From Nitrosomonas europaea (GTDB lineage Bacteria > Pseudomonadota > Gammaproteobacteria > Burkholderiales > Nitrosomonadaceae): a stretch of 32,000 nt of DNA. How positions within the stretch are numbered: position 1 is the first letter of the stretch; the number at the start of each line of letters is the position of its first letter. Below the pieces are notes generated by a model. It was not told where the DNA came from and searched no databases. It saw only the letters and a list, made by a program, of their open reading frames with translations. Location of the stretch: the NCBI RefSeq assembly GCF_900167395.1, contig NZ_FUWK01000023.1:13973-45972 (forward strand), given 5' to 3'. A program made the position numbers and the translations under genes. Below are positions 1 through 11,813 of this stretch, piece by piece.

Positions 1-459
<459 letters not shown>

Positions 460-487
460 ATACATAAAATTAACTGACAGATAATTG

Positions 488-910
488 ATGGGTACGATAT
501 TTCACTTGGATATAGTGAGTGCAGAGGAATCGATTTATTCCGGTCCTGCAGAGTTTATTGTTGCTCCGGCAGTGATGGGTGAGGTAGGGATTTTTCCTCA
601 ACATACACCTATGCTGACTCGTATCAAGTCCGGTGTGGTCCGGGTGAAAGCACCGCTTCAGGATGATGAAGAAGTTTATGTTTCAGGCGGGATGCTTGAA
701 GTACAGCCAGATGTTGTGACGATTCTGGCAGACACTGCAGTGCGTGGAAAAGATCTGGATGAAGCCAAGGCTTTAGAAGCCAAACGGAAAGCGGAGGAGA
801 TCATGAAAAACAAAATTTCTGAAATCGAGTACGCACGTGCACAAGCTGAGCTGATTGAAGCTACAGCACAGTTGGCTGCCATTCAGAAGTTGAGAAAAAG
901 AGGTCACTGA
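488..910 (+). CDS. atpC: F0F1 ATP synthase epsilon subunit
   Basis: ~140 aa directly after atpD. It shows the epsilon-like N-terminal beta region and a C-terminal helical region ([12 protein letters not shown]...). The track start is TTG at 485. I prefer the adjacent ATG at 488. Confidence 0.9.
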   Translation: MGTIFHLDIVSAEESIYSGPAEFIVAPAVMGEVGIFPQHTPMLTRIKSGVVRVKAPLQDDEEVYVSGGMLEVQPDVVTILADTAVRGKDLDEAKALEAKRKAEEIMKNKISEIEYARAQAELIEATAQLAAIQKLRKRGH

Positions 911-949
911 TTTCTCTGACTGTTCTGTAATGGTGGGTTTAGTTAAAAA

Positions 950-975
950 GGGCGACTATTGGTCGCCCTTTTTTT
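950..975 (+). terminator. Rho-independent terminator after the atp operon
   Basis: The stem GGGCGAC (950-956) pairs with GTCGCCC (962-968) around a 5-nt loop. A T7 run follows at 969-975, 40 nt past the atpC stop. Confidence 0.7.
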
Positions 976-1155
976 ATAAGATTAAAATATTTTTCTATCC
1001 AACCTGGTTATTTTAACCATTTCCTTTTATACATTAAGACCATGTATGTGTTTTCAGTGGTCATTGTGTAAAAGAAATAGCGAGTTTGCGGTTCGCAGAT
1101 AGAACGTTTATTTGCGTAGTGGCAAATGAAGTAATCCAAAAGAGGGTTAAAACTC

Positions 1156-2532
1156 GTGTTACAAGTTGATGTCGTGATATTGGCGGCTGGAATGGGTAAG
1201 AGAATGTGCTCGTCTTTACCCAAGGTATTACATCCTCTGGCAGGAAAACCAATTTTATCGCATGTTCTGGATATTGCTCGTACGTTGTCGCCGGAAAGAA
1301 TATGCGTGGTATTTGGGTATGGGGGTGAGCTGGTTCGCCAAGTTATCGGCGATCATTCTGATCTTATCTGGGTAAAACAGGCTCAGCAACTTGGGACTGG
1401 GCATGCTGTAAAACAGGCGTTACCTTATCTTGGTAATAAAGGTGTAACGCTGGTTTTATTTGGTGACGTGCCACTGGTAAAGAGTGATACGCTCAAGGCT
1501 TTGATTGAGAAGGCGCGTGAAGATAATCTTGTCCTGTTGACAGTCGAATTGGACAATCCGACCGGCTACGGACGGATCGTGCGTGATCCTGTAACAAATC
1601 GCATTCAGGCAATTGTAGAAGAAAAAGATGCCTCTCAATCACAGAAGAAAATCCGAGAAATCAATACCGGTATTATGGTTCTCCCGAATGGCCGTTTAGG
1701 TAATTGGCTCGATAATCTGAGTGATGCCAATACCCAGGGTGAGTATTACCTTACTGATATCATTGCCATGGCTGTGGATGCCGGCATTCCGATCGAAACT
1801 TCCAGTCCTGCATCTGATTGGGAAGTATCCGGTGTGAACGACAAGATTCAATTGTCTATCCTGGAGCGTGCTCATCAACAGGATACTGCCAACAGGCTTA
1901 TGGAGCAGGGGGTGATGTTTGCTGATCCGGCACGCTTCGATGTACGTGGCCGACTCGTTTGTGGAAATGATGTTGAAATAGATATTAACTGCATATTTGA
2001 GGGTAACGTTCGTTTGGGTAATAACGTCAAGATCCATGCAAATTGCATACTCCGGAATGTGATTGTCTCAGATGGATCAGTCGTTCATCCATTTAGCCTG
2101 ATAGAGGATGCAGAAGTAGGTAAAAATTGCCGTATTGGTCCATACGCCCGTATCCGGCCAGGGACACAGCTCGATGATGCCGTTCATGTCGGGAATTTTG
2201 TGGAGATCAAAAATAGCCATATTGCATCGGAGAGCAAGGTCAATCATCTCAGTTATGTAGGTGATACTGAAATGGGCAGGCGGGTCAATATTGGTGCCGG
2301 TGCAATCACGTGTAATTATGACGGAGCATTTAAACACCGGACCGTTATCGAGGATGATGTATTCATTGGTTCTGATACACAGCTGGTTGCTCCGGTAACG
2401 GTGGCGAGAGGATCGACGATTGGGGCCGGTTCGACGATTACGCGCGATACGCCTGAAGGTCAGCTTACATTATCTCGGACCAAACAAACGAGTATCGCTA
2501 ACTGGAAACGGCCGAGGAAAGACAGGAATTGA
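1156..2532 (+). CDS. glmU: Bifunctional UDP-N-acetylglucosamine pyrophosphorylase / glucosamine-1-phosphate N-acetyltransferase
   Basis: The N-terminus VVILAAGMGKRM is the nucleotidyltransferase signature. The C-terminal half carries left-handed beta-helix hexapeptide repeats. 458 aa with a GTG start, upstream of glmS. Confidence 0.93.
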   Translation: MLQVDVVILAAGMGKRMCSSLPKVLHPLAGKPILSHVLDIARTLSPERICVVFGYGGELVRQVIGDHSDLIWVKQAQQLGTGHAVKQALPYLGNKGVTLVLFGDVPLVKSDTLKALIEKAREDNLVLLTVELDNPTGYGRIVRDPVTNRIQAIVEEKDASQSQKKIREINTGIMVLPNGRLGNWLDNLSDANTQGEYYLTDIIAMAVDAGIPIETSSPASDWEVSGVNDKIQLSILERAHQQDTANRLMEQGVMFADPARFDVRGRLVCGNDVEIDINCIFEGNVRLGNNVKIHANCILRNVIVSDGSVVHPFSLIEDAEVGKNCRIGPYARIRPGTQLDDAVHVGNFVEIKNSHIASESKVNHLSYVGDTEMGRRVNIGAGAITCNYDGAFKHRTVIEDDVFIGSDTQLVAPVTVARGSTIGAGSTITRDTPEGQLTLSRTKQTSIANWKRPRKDRN

Positions 2533-2569
2533 GGTTGTTTGAATAACAGGATTGAGTAGGGGTCTGGCT

Positions 2570-4417
2570 ATGTGCGGTATTGTGGGTGCGATTGCAAAAA
2601 ACGATGTTGTACCTTTTTTACTGGAAGGATTATCCAGACTTGAGTATCGTGGCTATGATTCAGCTGGAATCGTGGTGGCGGATGGCATGTTGCACAGACT
2701 ACGGACAACAGGCCGTGTTTCTGAACTGAGCAAACTGGTCGATAGCGGAAAAACATCGGGACTTACTGGTATTGCACATACTCGCTGGGCGACACATGGC
2801 GTACCTTCTGAACGTAATGCTCACCCTCATTTCTCAGGTGATCAAAAAAAGATTGCTGTTGTACATAACGGCATTATCGAAAATCACGAAACTCTTCGGC
2901 AACGTTTACAACAGGATGGATTTGAGTTTCTGTCGGATACCGATACCGAAGTGATTGCTCACCTGATTTCATCTTACCTCTGTAAGACCAACGATTTACT
3001 GGAAGCAGTCTGCCGTTCCCTTGATGAGTTGCAAGGCGCATATGCGATAGCTGTGATGGAGGAATCGCGCCAGGATCGTATTATCGTAGCCAGAAATGGA
3101 GCCCCGCTCTTACTTGGGATAGATGATGATGGGATTTACGCGGCTTCTGATGCCTCTGCACTGGTGCAGGTTACGCAGAGAATCGTGTATCTTGAGGAAG
3201 GAGATGTGGCAGAGCTGTCCAGTGATGGATATCGGATTCTGAATTGCCTGGATTCGGTAAATGGCTATGAAGTCACTCGCAAAATAACTGAAAGCAGCCT
3301 GACGCGTGATGCAGTAGAACTAGGGCCCTATTCACATTTCATGCAGAAGGAAATCTTTGAGCAACCTGTTGCTGTGGCGAATACCCTGGAAATGGTGTTG
3401 AATGCTCAATCGGTATCTCCTCAATTATTTGGCAGTGAAGCACAAAGCATTCTTGCACAGACTCAGGGAGTGCTGATACTTGCTTGCGGGACAAGCTATC
3501 ATGCCGGTCTGGTTGCGAAATACTGGCTGGAAACGATTGCAAGACTTCCTTGTAATGTCGAGATTGCCAGTGAATACCGTTATCGTGATCCAATTGCCGA
3601 TCCGACCACATTGGTCGTCGGTATTTCCCAATCCGGCGAAACTGCAGATACTCTGGCTGCACTCAGTTATGCCAAATCATTAGGACATCGCTACAGTCTG
3701 GCGATTTGCAACGTGCCGGAAAGTGCTCTGATCAGACAAACGGATCTGCGCTTTTTGACTCGCGCCGGCCCTGAAATTGGAGTTGCCTCCACAAAAGCGT
3801 TTACTACACAGTTGGCGGCTTTGCTGTTGTTTACAGCAGTGCTTACAAAGATACGCGATCAGTTGTCAACTGGAGACGAACAAAAAATGATTGCCGCACT
3901 GCGGCATTTACCGGTTGCAATACAACATGCGCTGCAATGTGAACCGGAAATCAGAAAATGGGCCGGGGATTTTTCCCAGAAGCACCATGCTTTGTTTCTG
4001 GGGCGCGGTGTACATTACCCGATCGCACTGGAAGGTGCGCTGAAGCTCAAGGAGATTTCATACATCCATGCCGAGGCTTATGCGGCGGGTGAACTCAAGC
4101 ATGGTCCTCTCGCACTGGTAGATAGTGGAATGCCGGTAGTTGCCATAGCGCCGAATGATGCACTGCTGGAGAAGCTGAAATCCAATCTGCACGAGGTGCG
4201 TGCGCGAGGCGGGGAATTGTATGTCTTCGCCGATGCGGATTCACGTATCGAGGAGAGCGAGGGAGTTCATATTATCAGGCTGGCTGAACACAGTGGTGTA
4301 CTCAGTCCCATCTTGCATACCATACCATTACAGTTACTGGCTTATCATGTGGCTCTACAGAAAGGCACTGATGTCGATAAACCCCGAAATCTTGCCAAAT
4401 CAGTTACTGTTGAATAA
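2570..4417 (+). CDS. glmS: Glutamine--fructose-6-phosphate aminotransferase
   Basis: MCGIVGAI provides the N-terminal catalytic Cys after Met. Two SIS domains follow, and the protein ends ...[12 protein letters not shown]. The track start at 2552 (TTG) adds 6 residues before the Met-Cys. I moved the start to the ATG at 2570. Confidence 0.95.
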   Translation: MCGIVGAIAKNDVVPFLLEGLSRLEYRGYDSAGIVVADGMLHRLRTTGRVSELSKLVDSGKTSGLTGIAHTRWATHGVPSERNAHPHFSGDQKKIAVVHNGIIENHETLRQRLQQDGFEFLSDTDTEVIAHLISSYLCKTNDLLEAVCRSLDELQGAYAIAVMEESRQDRIIVARNGAPLLLGIDDDGIYAASDASALVQVTQRIVYLEEGDVAELSSDGYRILNCLDSVNGYEVTRKITESSLTRDAVELGPYSHFMQKEIFEQPVAVANTLEMVLNAQSVSPQLFGSEAQSILAQTQGVLILACGTSYHAGLVAKYWLETIARLPCNVEIASEYRYRDPIADPTTLVVGISQSGETADTLAALSYAKSLGHRYSLAICNVPESALIRQTDLRFLTRAGPEIGVASTKAFTTQLAALLLFTAVLTKIRDQLSTGDEQKMIAALRHLPVAIQHALQCEPEIRKWAGDFSQKHHALFLGRGVHYPIALEGALKLKEISYIHAEAYAAGELKHGPLALVDSGMPVVAIAPNDALLEKLKSNLHEVRARGGELYVFADADSRIEESEGVHIIRLAEHSGVLSPILHTIPLQLLAYHVALQKGTDVDKPRNLAKSVTVE

Positions 4418-4552
4418 TTGGTCAAACTGATTATTGCGAAGGTACTGAAGCGAAGTTGCGGATGATCAGCACCGGGAGCTTCAGTCCCTTATGCTTTATA
4501 CAATACTACAGGAGTGGTAGCATTATCTACTTTCAATGGTTGAAGGAAGTCA

Positions 4553-5278
4553 ATGGCTGGTCATAGTAAATGGGCTAACATCAAGCATAAAAAGGCCGCG
4601 CAGGATGCCAAGCGCGGGAAGATTTTTACCCGTCTGATCAAGGAAATTACGGTAGCTGCCCGCTTGGGTGGCGGAGATCCAAACAGTAACCCCCGGTTGA
4701 GATTAGCGATGGATAAGGCTTTCGGACATAACATGCCGAAAGATAACGTCGAGCGTGCGATCAAGCGTGGTTGTGGCGAGCTTGAAGGGGTCAACTATGA
4801 GGAAATTCGTTACGAGGGTTACGGAATATCCGGGGCAGCGGTGATGGTCGATTGCATGACGGACAACCGTACGCGAACGGTCGCCGCAGTTCGCCATGCT
4901 TTCACCAAACATGGTGGCAACCTGGGAACCGATGGTTCGGTAGCATATTTGTTCAAACATTGTGGCCAGTTGTTGTTCGCCCCTGGAGTTGGTGAAGCGC
5001 AGCTTCTGGAAGCTGCGCTCGAAGCAGGCGCGGAAGATGTCATCAGTAACGATGATGGCAGTCTGGAGGTGATTACTGGTCCTGATACGTTCGTGTCAGT
5101 CAGAGATACACTGGAAAAAGCTGGCTTCAAGGCTGAACTGGCAGAGGTAACCTGGAAACCCGAAAACGAAGTCTTGCTGCAGGGAGATGATGCGGTCAAG
5201 ATGCAGAAACTGCTGGATGCCCTGGAAGATATCGACGATGTGCAGGATGTTTATACTTCGGCAGTCCTGGATACTTGA
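4553..5278 (+). CDS. yebC: YebC/PmpR family DNA-binding transcriptional regulator
   Basis: [32 protein letters not shown] is the hallmark YebC N-terminus. 241 aa, upstream of ruvC as in many bacteria. Confidence 0.92.
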
Positions 5279-5820
5279 CCTCGTTGGTATATGCCGCTAA
5301 AGGTATTCGCATACTGGGAATCGATCCTGGTTTGCGTATAACGGGTTTTGGCATTGTTGAGAAAATCGGGAATCGGCTGGTTTATATTGGCAGCGGCTGT
5401 GTAGTGACTGGAGAATCCGGTTTGCCGGATCGTTTGAAGACCATTCTCGATGGATTGAATGAAATCATTCTGCAGCATAAACCGGAGCAGGTTGCGGTAG
5501 AACAGGTTTTCGTCAATATCAATCCCAAATCAACCCTGTTGCTTGGCCAGGCACGCGGTGCTGCGATCAGTGCAGCGGTTCTTCATGAACTTTCCGTGTA
5601 TGAATATACTGCCTTGCAAGTCAAACAGGCTGTGGTGGGGAATGGTCATGCCCGTAAAGAACAGGTGCAGGAAATGGTGATGCGGTTGCTGGGGCTGGGA
5701 GAACGACCGCGACCGGATGCAGCCGATGCACTGGCATGTGCCATTTGTCATGCTCACGGCGGAACCGGCCTGTTGACCCTGAGTGCCCGCAATCGCTCTA
5801 AACGGAGCAAGCGGCTGTGA
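5275..5820 (+). CDS. ruvC: Crossover junction endodeoxyribonuclease RuvC
   Basis: [14 protein letters not shown] carries the catalytic Asp, and the remainder is RuvC-like. The TTG at 5275 overlaps the yebC stop. The exact start is uncertain: TTG 5275 or TTG 5284. Confidence 0.88.
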
Positions 5821-6404
5821 TCGGGAGAATTGCCGGCCTGCTGCTGGAGAAACATCCCCCGCTTGTACTAGTGGATGTAAATGGCATTGGTTATGAAATC
5901 GATGTGCCGATGAGCACCTTCTGCAGGTTGCCCGGTATTGGCGAACAGGTAACGCTTCACACCCATTTCTGGGTGCGTGAGGATGCACATTTGTTGTTTG
6001 GTTTTATGACGGAGCCAGAACGGGTACTGTTTCGTCAGCTTACAAAAATCTCCGGTATTGGTGCAAGAACAGGTTTGGCGATCTTATCTGGTTTGAGTGT
6101 CAATGACTTGCATCAGATCGTGGTATCACAGGACAGCACCCGTCTGACCAGAATCCCGGGTATCGGAAAAAAAACTGCGGAGCGTTTGCTGCTTGAGTTG
6201 CGCGATAAAATCAGCCCGGCGATAACCCTGCCTGAAACTGGAACAGCGATGGCCTCAAGTACCGATAAAGACATTCTCAACGCGCTATCTGCACTGGGCT
6301 ATAATGACCGCGAAGCCAACTGGGCAGTTGGACAGCTATCAGAAGGTGTGACGGTATCTGACGGCATCATGCAGTCACTCAGGCTTTTATCGAAAGCAAA
6401 ATAA
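5817..6404 (+). CDS. ruvA: Holliday junction branch migration complex subunit RuvA
   Basis: MIGRIAGLL...[12 protein letters not shown] is the RuvA OB domain. HhH motifs are present ([21 protein letters not shown]). The GTG start overlaps the ruvC stop. Confidence 0.93.
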
Positions 6405-6422
6405 TATCTTGGCTGGTTCTAA

Positions 6423-7463
6423 ATGATTGAATCGGATCGAATCATTACTGCCTCCCCATTTTCTTCCCAGGAAGAAGTCATAGAGCGTGCACTTCGCCCA
6501 GTTCAACTGGATGACTATGTTGGTCAGGAGAAAATTCGCGAGCAGTTGAAAATTTTCATTGAGGCGGCCAGGTTAAGGCAGGAAGCGCTGGATCACGTGC
6601 TGCTGTTTGGCCCGCCAGGGTTGGGTAAAACGACACTTGCCCATATTATCGCTCGCGAAATGGGTGTGAACTTGCGCCAGACTTCCGGGCCGGTGCTGGA
6701 ACGTGCAGGTGATCTGGCCGCTTTGCTGACCAATCTGGAAACTAATGATGTCTTGTTTATCGATGAGATTCACAGGCTTTCGCCCGTTGTCGAGGAAATT
6801 TTGTATCCGGCAATGGAGGATTATCAGCTCGATATCATGATTGGCGAAGGGGCGGCGGCAAGATCGGTCAAGATTGATCTGCCGAGTTTCACCCTGGTGG
6901 GAGCTACTACACGCGCAGGCATGTTGACCAATCCGCTGAGAGATCGCTTTGGGATCGTTTCCCGCCTGGAGTTTTATACCGCCGATGAGCTTGGCAAGAT
7001 CGTTACCCGTTCTGCCGGGCTACTCAATGTCGATGTGACTGCTGACGGTGCCAGAGAAATTGCATGCAGATCGCGAGGGACGCCGCGTATAGCCAATCGT
7101 TTGCTGCGCAGAGTACGTGATTTTGCTGAAGTCCGGGCAAACGGGCGTATCGATCGTCCGGTGGCCGATGCTGCATTGCAAATGCTGGACGTTGATGCCA
7201 CTGGTCTGGATGTTCTGGACAGAAAGCTGTTGCTGGCAGTACTGGAAAAATTTGGTGGTGGGCCGGTGGGTGTGGATAATCTTGCTGCAGCCATCAATGA
7301 GGAGCGTGACACAATCGAGGAGGTACTGGAACCGTACCTCATTCAGCAGGGATTCCTGCAACGCACTCCTCGCGGTCGCATGGCAACGACTATGGCCTAT
7401 CAGCATTTCGATATCATCCCTTCACACCAAACTACAGTGCCGAGTCTGTTTGACCCGGATTAA
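6423..7463 (+). CDS. ruvB: Holliday junction branch migration DNA helicase RuvB
   Basis: Walker A is GPPGLGKTT and Walker B is LFIDEIHRL. The [18 protein letters not shown] motif is present. 346 aa. Confidence 0.96.
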   Translation: MIESDRIITASPFSSQEEVIERALRPVQLDDYVGQEKIREQLKIFIEAARLRQEALDHVLLFGPPGLGKTTLAHIIAREMGVNLRQTSGPVLERAGDLAALLTNLETNDVLFIDEIHRLSPVVEEILYPAMEDYQLDIMIGEGAAARSVKIDLPSFTLVGATTRAGMLTNPLRDRFGIVSRLEFYTADELGKIVTRSAGLLNVDVTADGAREIACRSRGTPRIANRLLRRVRDFAEVRANGRIDRPVADAALQMLDVDATGLDVLDRKLLLAVLEKFGGGPVGVDNLAAAINEERDTIEEVLEPYLIQQGFLQRTPRGRMATTMAYQHFDIIPSHQTTVPSLFDPD

Positions 7464-7522
7464 AAGCCGGTAACATCCGTAAACCAAAATTCAATATTTT
7501 TCTGAAGAGTATTTTTATAGAA

Positions 7523-7933
7523 ATGGAAGTCGTTTTCGTTCATCCCGTACGCATCTATTATCAGGATACTGATGCGGGGGGCGTCGTATATCATGCGTCC
7601 TACCTCAATTTCCTGGAGCGTGCCCGCTACGAGTGGTTGCGCGAACTGGGTTTTACGGTGGATACCATGATCCGGTCGCATAAAATGATTTTTCTGATTC
7701 GTTCGCTCGGTATCGAGTATTTCAAACCAGCTGTACTGGACGATCTGCTGGATATAACCGTGCAGGTGGTAGACATTGGCAGAAGCCGGATAACGTTGCA
7801 GCAACAGATTTTGCGTGAACAGGGTACACTTGCCAGCGCGACCGTTCATGCAGTGTGTGTCGGAGCGGAAACGCTGAAGCCAATCAGTATTCCAGCACCT
7901 CTTCGCCAAAAAATTGAGAAGCAGTCATCATGA
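7523..7933 (+). CDS. ybgC: Tol-Pal associated acyl-CoA thioesterase (4HBT family)
   Basis: YYQDTDAGGVVYHASYLNFLERAR is the hotdog-fold YbgC signature. First gene of the tol cluster. Confidence 0.87.
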   Translation: MEVVFVHPVRIYYQDTDAGGVVYHASYLNFLERARYEWLRELGFTVDTMIRSHKMIFLIRSLGIEYFKPAVLDDLLDITVQVVDIGRSRITLQQQILREQGTLASATVHAVCVGAETLKPISIPAPLRQKIEKQSS

Positions 7934-8634
7934 GTCAAGTAATTACCCAAGATTTATCATTTTTTCATCTTGTCAGCGGTGCGAGCCTTCCGGTTCAACT
8001 GGTTATGCTGCTGTTGCTGCTGGCTTCATTTGTTTCCTGGTGGTTCATTTTCAGGAAATTGTTTACCCTTCGTCAGGAAATTAAACAGACTGATGAATTT
8101 GAGAACATTTTCTGGCGTGGATCGGATTTGAATGCTCTTTATCAGCGAGCAGCTGGTGCACGTCATGCCGTAGGCAGCATGGAACGGATTTTTGAAGCCG
8201 GATTCCGCGAATTTACCAAATATCAGTCGGGAGTCGATATCGGTCCCATCATGGACAGTACACGCGGCGCAATGCGGGCTGTTTATCAGCGGGAAATGGA
8301 CAGGCTCGAGTCACATCTGTCATTCCTGGCTACTGTAGGATCGGTCAGCCCGTATGTAGGGTTGTTTGGAACAGTGTGGGGCATCATGAATGCATTTCGT
8401 GAGCTGTCTAATGTTGGTCAGGCTACCATCGCGCATGTAGCACCGGGTATCGCCGAAGCGCTGATTGCGACGGCAATGGGACTTTTTGCGGCAATTCCGG
8501 CTGTGATTGCCTATAACCGCTATGCCAGTGATACTGCTCAGCTGGCAACCCGCTACGAAAGTTTCATAGAGGAAGTATCCAACGTACTGCAGCGTCGTGT
8601 GGCTAAACCTCGGGATATGGCGAATTTCTCATGA
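7930..8634 (+). CDS. tolQ: Tol-Pal system inner-membrane protein TolQ
   Basis: MotA/TolQ/ExbB family with three TM segments and the motif VSPYVGLFGTVWGIMNAF. The ATGA start/stop overlap with ybgC and the position ahead of tolR-tolA-tolB-pal support the call. Confidence 0.9.
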   Translation: MSQVITQDLSFFHLVSGASLPVQLVMLLLLLASFVSWWFIFRKLFTLRQEIKQTDEFENIFWRGSDLNALYQRAAGARHAVGSMERIFEAGFREFTKYQSGVDIGPIMDSTRGAMRAVYQREMDRLESHLSFLATVGSVSPYVGLFGTVWGIMNAFRELSNVGQATIAHVAPGIAEALIATAMGLFAAIPAVIAYNRYASDTAQLATRYESFIEEVSNVLQRRVAKPRDMANFS

Positions 8635-9047
8635 TTCAGCGTCGCAGCAAACGTCGGTTGATGAACGAGATCAATGTCGTGCCGTACATTGACGTCATGC
8701 TGGTGCTGCTCATCATCTTTATGATTACAGCACCACTCATCCAACCCAGCCAGATCGAGTTGCCTGAAATCGGTAAATCTTCTGCACCTCCGGCGGAACC
8801 ACTGGAAGTGATGATTGCCGCCAACGGAAATCTCACATTACGTGACCGTGCCGGTGCAGACAAGGAGCAGCAAGTCGATCGCAACCAGCTGGTGGAACTG
8901 ATCAGGGCCAGGCAGGCACAAAATACCGATCAGCCTGTCGTTATTGCAGCAGATAAGAATGTCCGTTATGAAGAGGTGATTCAGGTAATGGATCTGCTGC
9001 AGCAGCAACAAATCCGGAAAATCGGATTGTTAACCAAATCAAAATAA
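8631..9047 (+). CDS. tolR: Tol-Pal system protein TolR
   Basis: ExbD/TolR signature: INVVPYIDVMLVLLIIFMITAP. 138 aa, start overlapping the tolQ stop. Confidence 0.88.
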   Translation: MIQRRSKRRLMNEINVVPYIDVMLVLLIIFMITAPLIQPSQIELPEIGKSSAPPAEPLEVMIAANGNLTLRDRAGADKEQQVDRNQLVELIRARQAQNTDQPVVIAADKNVRYEEVIQVMDLLQQQQIRKIGLLTKSK

Positions 9048-9068
9048 CTGTTGGGGTGTAATTGCGCA

Positions 9069-9929
9069 ATGGTCCGGCTGCCCGGAGATAATAGCGAACC
9101 GGGAAAACTGCGTGCGGCATTGTTTGCCCTGCTGGTGCATGCGGCTTTCCTCGCTTTGCTGGTATTTGGCCTGAATTGGAAGAATGAAGTATCTGAAATG
9201 ATGTCAGTCGATCTGTGGGCCGAGCTGCCCCGGCATCCCGTTGAGCCTCCGTCATCTGCTGCAAAGGTAATACCCGAACCAGTCAAGGTTAAGCCACAAC
9301 CGCAACAAAAGACTCAACCGCAGCCTCAGCCGGTGATCAAGGCTGCGCCTCCTCCCGTGCGTAAACCCGACATTGCGCTCAAGGACAAAACGGAAAAACC
9401 ACAGCTTAAAGAAGAAGTGAAAAAGCCGGAACCGGTGAAAAAAGAAGTACCGAAAAAGGAGCCCACCAAAAAGCCGGTGGAGAAACTTGTACCTAAAGAA
9501 GAGGTAAAGAAGCCTGAACCGGTCAAAAAGGTCGAACAGAAAACCGAGAAGAAGGAAGATGTTCGACAGCAGGCCGAAGCACAAAAACAGGCACAGCAGC
9601 GTGAACGCGAAGCGGCGGCAGCAAAAGCGGAGCGAGCCAGGGCGGATGGTGAAATCGAAAAATATAGAGAAATGATCAAGGCAAAGATTCGCAGCCGTAT
9701 CATTATGCCACCCGATCTTCCGGGAAATCCTGCCGTCGAGTTTACGGTGACCTTGTTGCCGGGAGGGGATGTCCTGACAGTGACTTTGCGTAAATCGAGC
9801 GGTTACACTGCGTTTGATGAGGCAGTGGAAAGAGCAATCTACCTGGCCAAGCCGTTGCCTTTACCTCCGGATCCGGGGTTATTCAATGCGTTCCGTAATT
9901 TAGATCTCAAGGTTTATTATCGTGAGTAG
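9069..9929 (+). CDS. tolA: Tol-Pal system protein TolA (start uncertain: TTG 9051 or ATG 9069)
   Basis: It has an N-terminal TM anchor (ALFALLVHAAFLALLVFGL) and a long K/P/E/V-rich linker that contains EEVKKPEPVKK twice. The TonB/TolA-like C-terminal domain reads IEKYREMIKAKIRSRI...TVTLLPGGDV. Located between tolR and tolB. Confidence 0.82.
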   Translation: MVRLPGDNSEPGKLRAALFALLVHAAFLALLVFGLNWKNEVSEMMSVDLWAELPRHPVEPPSSAAKVIPEPVKVKPQPQQKTQPQPQPVIKAAPPPVRKPDIALKDKTEKPQLKEEVKKPEPVKKEVPKKEPTKKPVEKLVPKEEVKKPEPVKKVEQKTEKKEDVRQQAEAQKQAQQREREAAAAKAERARADGEIEKYREMIKAKIRSRIIMPPDLPGNPAVEFTVTLLPGGDVLTVTLRKSSGYTAFDEAVERAIYLAKPLPLPPDPGLFNAFRNLDLKVYYRE

Positions 9930-9966
9930 TTTCTGGCTTGCTTTACAACATGTCATGGTGATTCGT

Positions 9967-11244
9967 ATGCGTAATTTTTTGTATTGCACCGGTGTGCTTC
10001 TGTTGTTGTGGATGAGCACATCATCACAAGCTGCGCTCAATATCGAAATTTTTGGGGGCGGGACCAACAAAATTCCGATTGCCATCGCTCCGTTTAATGG
10101 GGAAAGAGGGCTTCCCCAGAGTATTTCAGCGATTGTATCGGCTGATCTGGAGCGTACCGGGCTGTTTAAACTGGTCGATACCTTGGGGTTGACCTCGCAG
10201 GAGCCTGAGCAGATCCGGTATATCGATTGGCAGGGCCGCGGTGCGAGTGCGCTGGTTGTCGGCAGTATCTCGCCGCTGCCGGATGGCCGGATAGATGTTC
10301 GCTTCCGTTTGCTGGATGTCGTCAAACAGACTCAACTGACCGGGTTTAGTGGGGCTGTCACAACAGAACAGTTACGGGCTTTTGCACATCGGATTGCGGA
10401 TATCGTGTATGAGACATTGACTGGTGAGCCGGGTGCCTTCAGTACCCGAATTGCTTTTGTCAGAAAGCAGGGAAGCCAGTATGCGTTGCAGGTGTCGGAC
10501 TATGATGGGTTCAACGCCCGCTCACTGATCGAATATACCGAGCCGATCATCTCCCCCGCTTGGTCGCCTGATGGCAGCCGAATTGCCTACACCTCGTTTG
10601 AGAAGAAAAAACCGGTGGTTTATGTGCAGACGCTGGCAACTCGTGAACGTAAAGCAGTGGCGAATTTCAAGGGAAGTAACAGTGCACCGGCCTGGTCGCC
10701 CGATGGCAGCAAACTGGCCGTGGTTCTGACATTGCATGGTGGATCGCAGATTTATCTGATCAACGCGGATGGCAGCGGGTTGCAGCGGATCTCACAAAGC
10801 CCGGGGATCGATACGGAACCCAGTTTCTCGCCGGATGGCAGATGGCTGATGTTCACTTCCGACAGAGGAGGGAGTCCGCAGATATATCGTATGCCGGTAT
10901 CTGGAGGTGTTGCTGAGAGAATGACCTTTGAAGGAGATTACAACGTCAGTCCACATTACAGTCCGGACGGGAAACGGTTTGTTTATATTCACAGGAATGC
11001 CGGCCGATTCAATGTCGCTATTCAGGATTTGTCGACGCGCCAGATGCAGTTGCTGACTGACTCCAATTTTGATGAATCTCCCAGCTTTTCCCCCAATAAC
11101 CGTATGATTCTGTACACAACTGAAATAGGTGGACGTGGTATATTATCCACCGTTTCAAGTGATGGTCAGGCAAAGAGCCGTCTTTCCCAGGAAGCGGGTA
11201 ATATTCGGGAAGCAGTTTGGGGACCCTTGCTGAAACAGCGGTGA
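9967..11244 (+). CDS. tolB: Tol-Pal system periplasmic beta-propeller protein TolB
   Basis: From the ATG at 9967 the protein has a signal peptide, MRNFLYCTGVLLLLWMSTSSQAA. Repeated propeller blades follow (SPAWSPDG, APAWSPDG, EPSFSPDG, SPHYSPDG). The track start at 9922 adds 15 residues ahead of the signal peptide. Confidence 0.92.
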   Translation: MRNFLYCTGVLLLLWMSTSSQAALNIEIFGGGTNKIPIAIAPFNGERGLPQSISAIVSADLERTGLFKLVDTLGLTSQEPEQIRYIDWQGRGASALVVGSISPLPDGRIDVRFRLLDVVKQTQLTGFSGAVTTEQLRAFAHRIADIVYETLTGEPGAFSTRIAFVRKQGSQYALQVSDYDGFNARSLIEYTEPIISPAWSPDGSRIAYTSFEKKKPVVYVQTLATRERKAVANFKGSNSAPAWSPDGSKLAVVLTLHGGSQIYLINADGSGLQRISQSPGIDTEPSFSPDGRWLMFTSDRGGSPQIYRMPVSGGVAERMTFEGDYNVSPHYSPDGKRFVYIHRNAGRFNVAIQDLSTRQMQLLTDSNFDESPSFSPNNRMILYTTEIGGRGILSTVSSDGQAKSRLSQEAGNIREAVWGPLLKQR

Positions 11245-11297
11245 TGTGAGGGAAATATCTCACAAGGCGTGGTTCAATTATTTATTTATGGTGAGAA

Positions 11298-11813
11298 ATG
11301 AGAAAAATCTTTGCAGTACTGGTAATTTGCCTGTTGTCAGCTTGCGCTAGCGATAATGCTCAACAAACTTCTGATGTCGAGGATCATTCTTATAGCAGAG
11401 AGGGAGAAGGCACACGTGGCGGTGCAGGGTCGGATGGGTTCGGGATGAATCCTCTGCAGGATCCCAGCAACATATTGTCCCGTCGCAGTGTCTACTTTGA
11501 TTTTGACAGCTATACGGTAAAGAGCGAGTACCGTGATCTGGTTCTTGCACATGCAGCTTATTTGCGTGACAACACTAATGCACAGGTATTGCTGCAAGGC
11601 AACACTGATGAACGCGGAAGTCGGGAGTATAACCTTGCACTCGGGCAACGCCGCGCAAACAGTGTGAAAGATATCCTGTTACTGTCCGGCGCTCGTGATC
11701 AGCAGGTAGAAGCAGTCAGTCTGGGTGAAGAAAAGCCGCGTGCATTGGGAAGTGATGAATCTTCCTGGGCTGAAAACCGCCGTACAGATATTCTCTATCA
11801 GGGAGAGTATTGA
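11298..11813 (+). CDS. pal: Peptidoglycan-associated lipoprotein Pal
   Basis: Lipobox LLSAC at the N-terminus. OmpA-like domain with NTDERGSREYNLALGQRRANSV. Confidence 0.93.
   Translation: MRKIFAVLVICLLSACASDNAQQTSDVEDHSYSREGEGTRGGAGSDGFGMNPLQDPSNILSRRSVYFDFDSYTVKSEYRDLVLAHAAYLRDNTNAQVLLQGNTDERGSREYNLALGQRRANSVKDILLLSGARDQQVEAVSLGEEKPRALGSDESSWAENRRTDILYQGEY

Noticed and set aside
2533-2569. Possible glmS ribozyme or leader, and the 6-residue N-terminal extension of glmS in the track (start 2552).
   Set aside because: Only about 37 nt separate glmU and glmS, far too short for the glmS ribozyme, which is a Gram-positive feature. GlmS needs Cys directly after the initiator Met, so the ATG at 2570 is the start.
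4441-4488. 11-bp stem (GGTACTGAAGC / GCTTCAGTCCC, one mismatch) with a 26-nt loop after glmS, considered as a terminator.
   Set aside because: No U-run follows the stem, and the loop is long. It may be a structured element or a weak terminator, but the evidence is too thin to annotate.
9400-9545. Repeated EEVKKPEPVKK segment in tolA, considered as a recent DNA tandem repeat or contingency locus.
   Set aside because: The two copies differ at many synonymous positions at the DNA level. This is a conserved low-complexity linker typical of TolA, not a slippage-prone repeat.
11245-11297. Hairpin TGTGAG-N8-CTCACA between tolB and pal, considered as a terminator or attenuator.
   Set aside because: The stem is only 6 bp with no U-run, and tolB-pal are normally co-transcribed. 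The evidence is insufficient.
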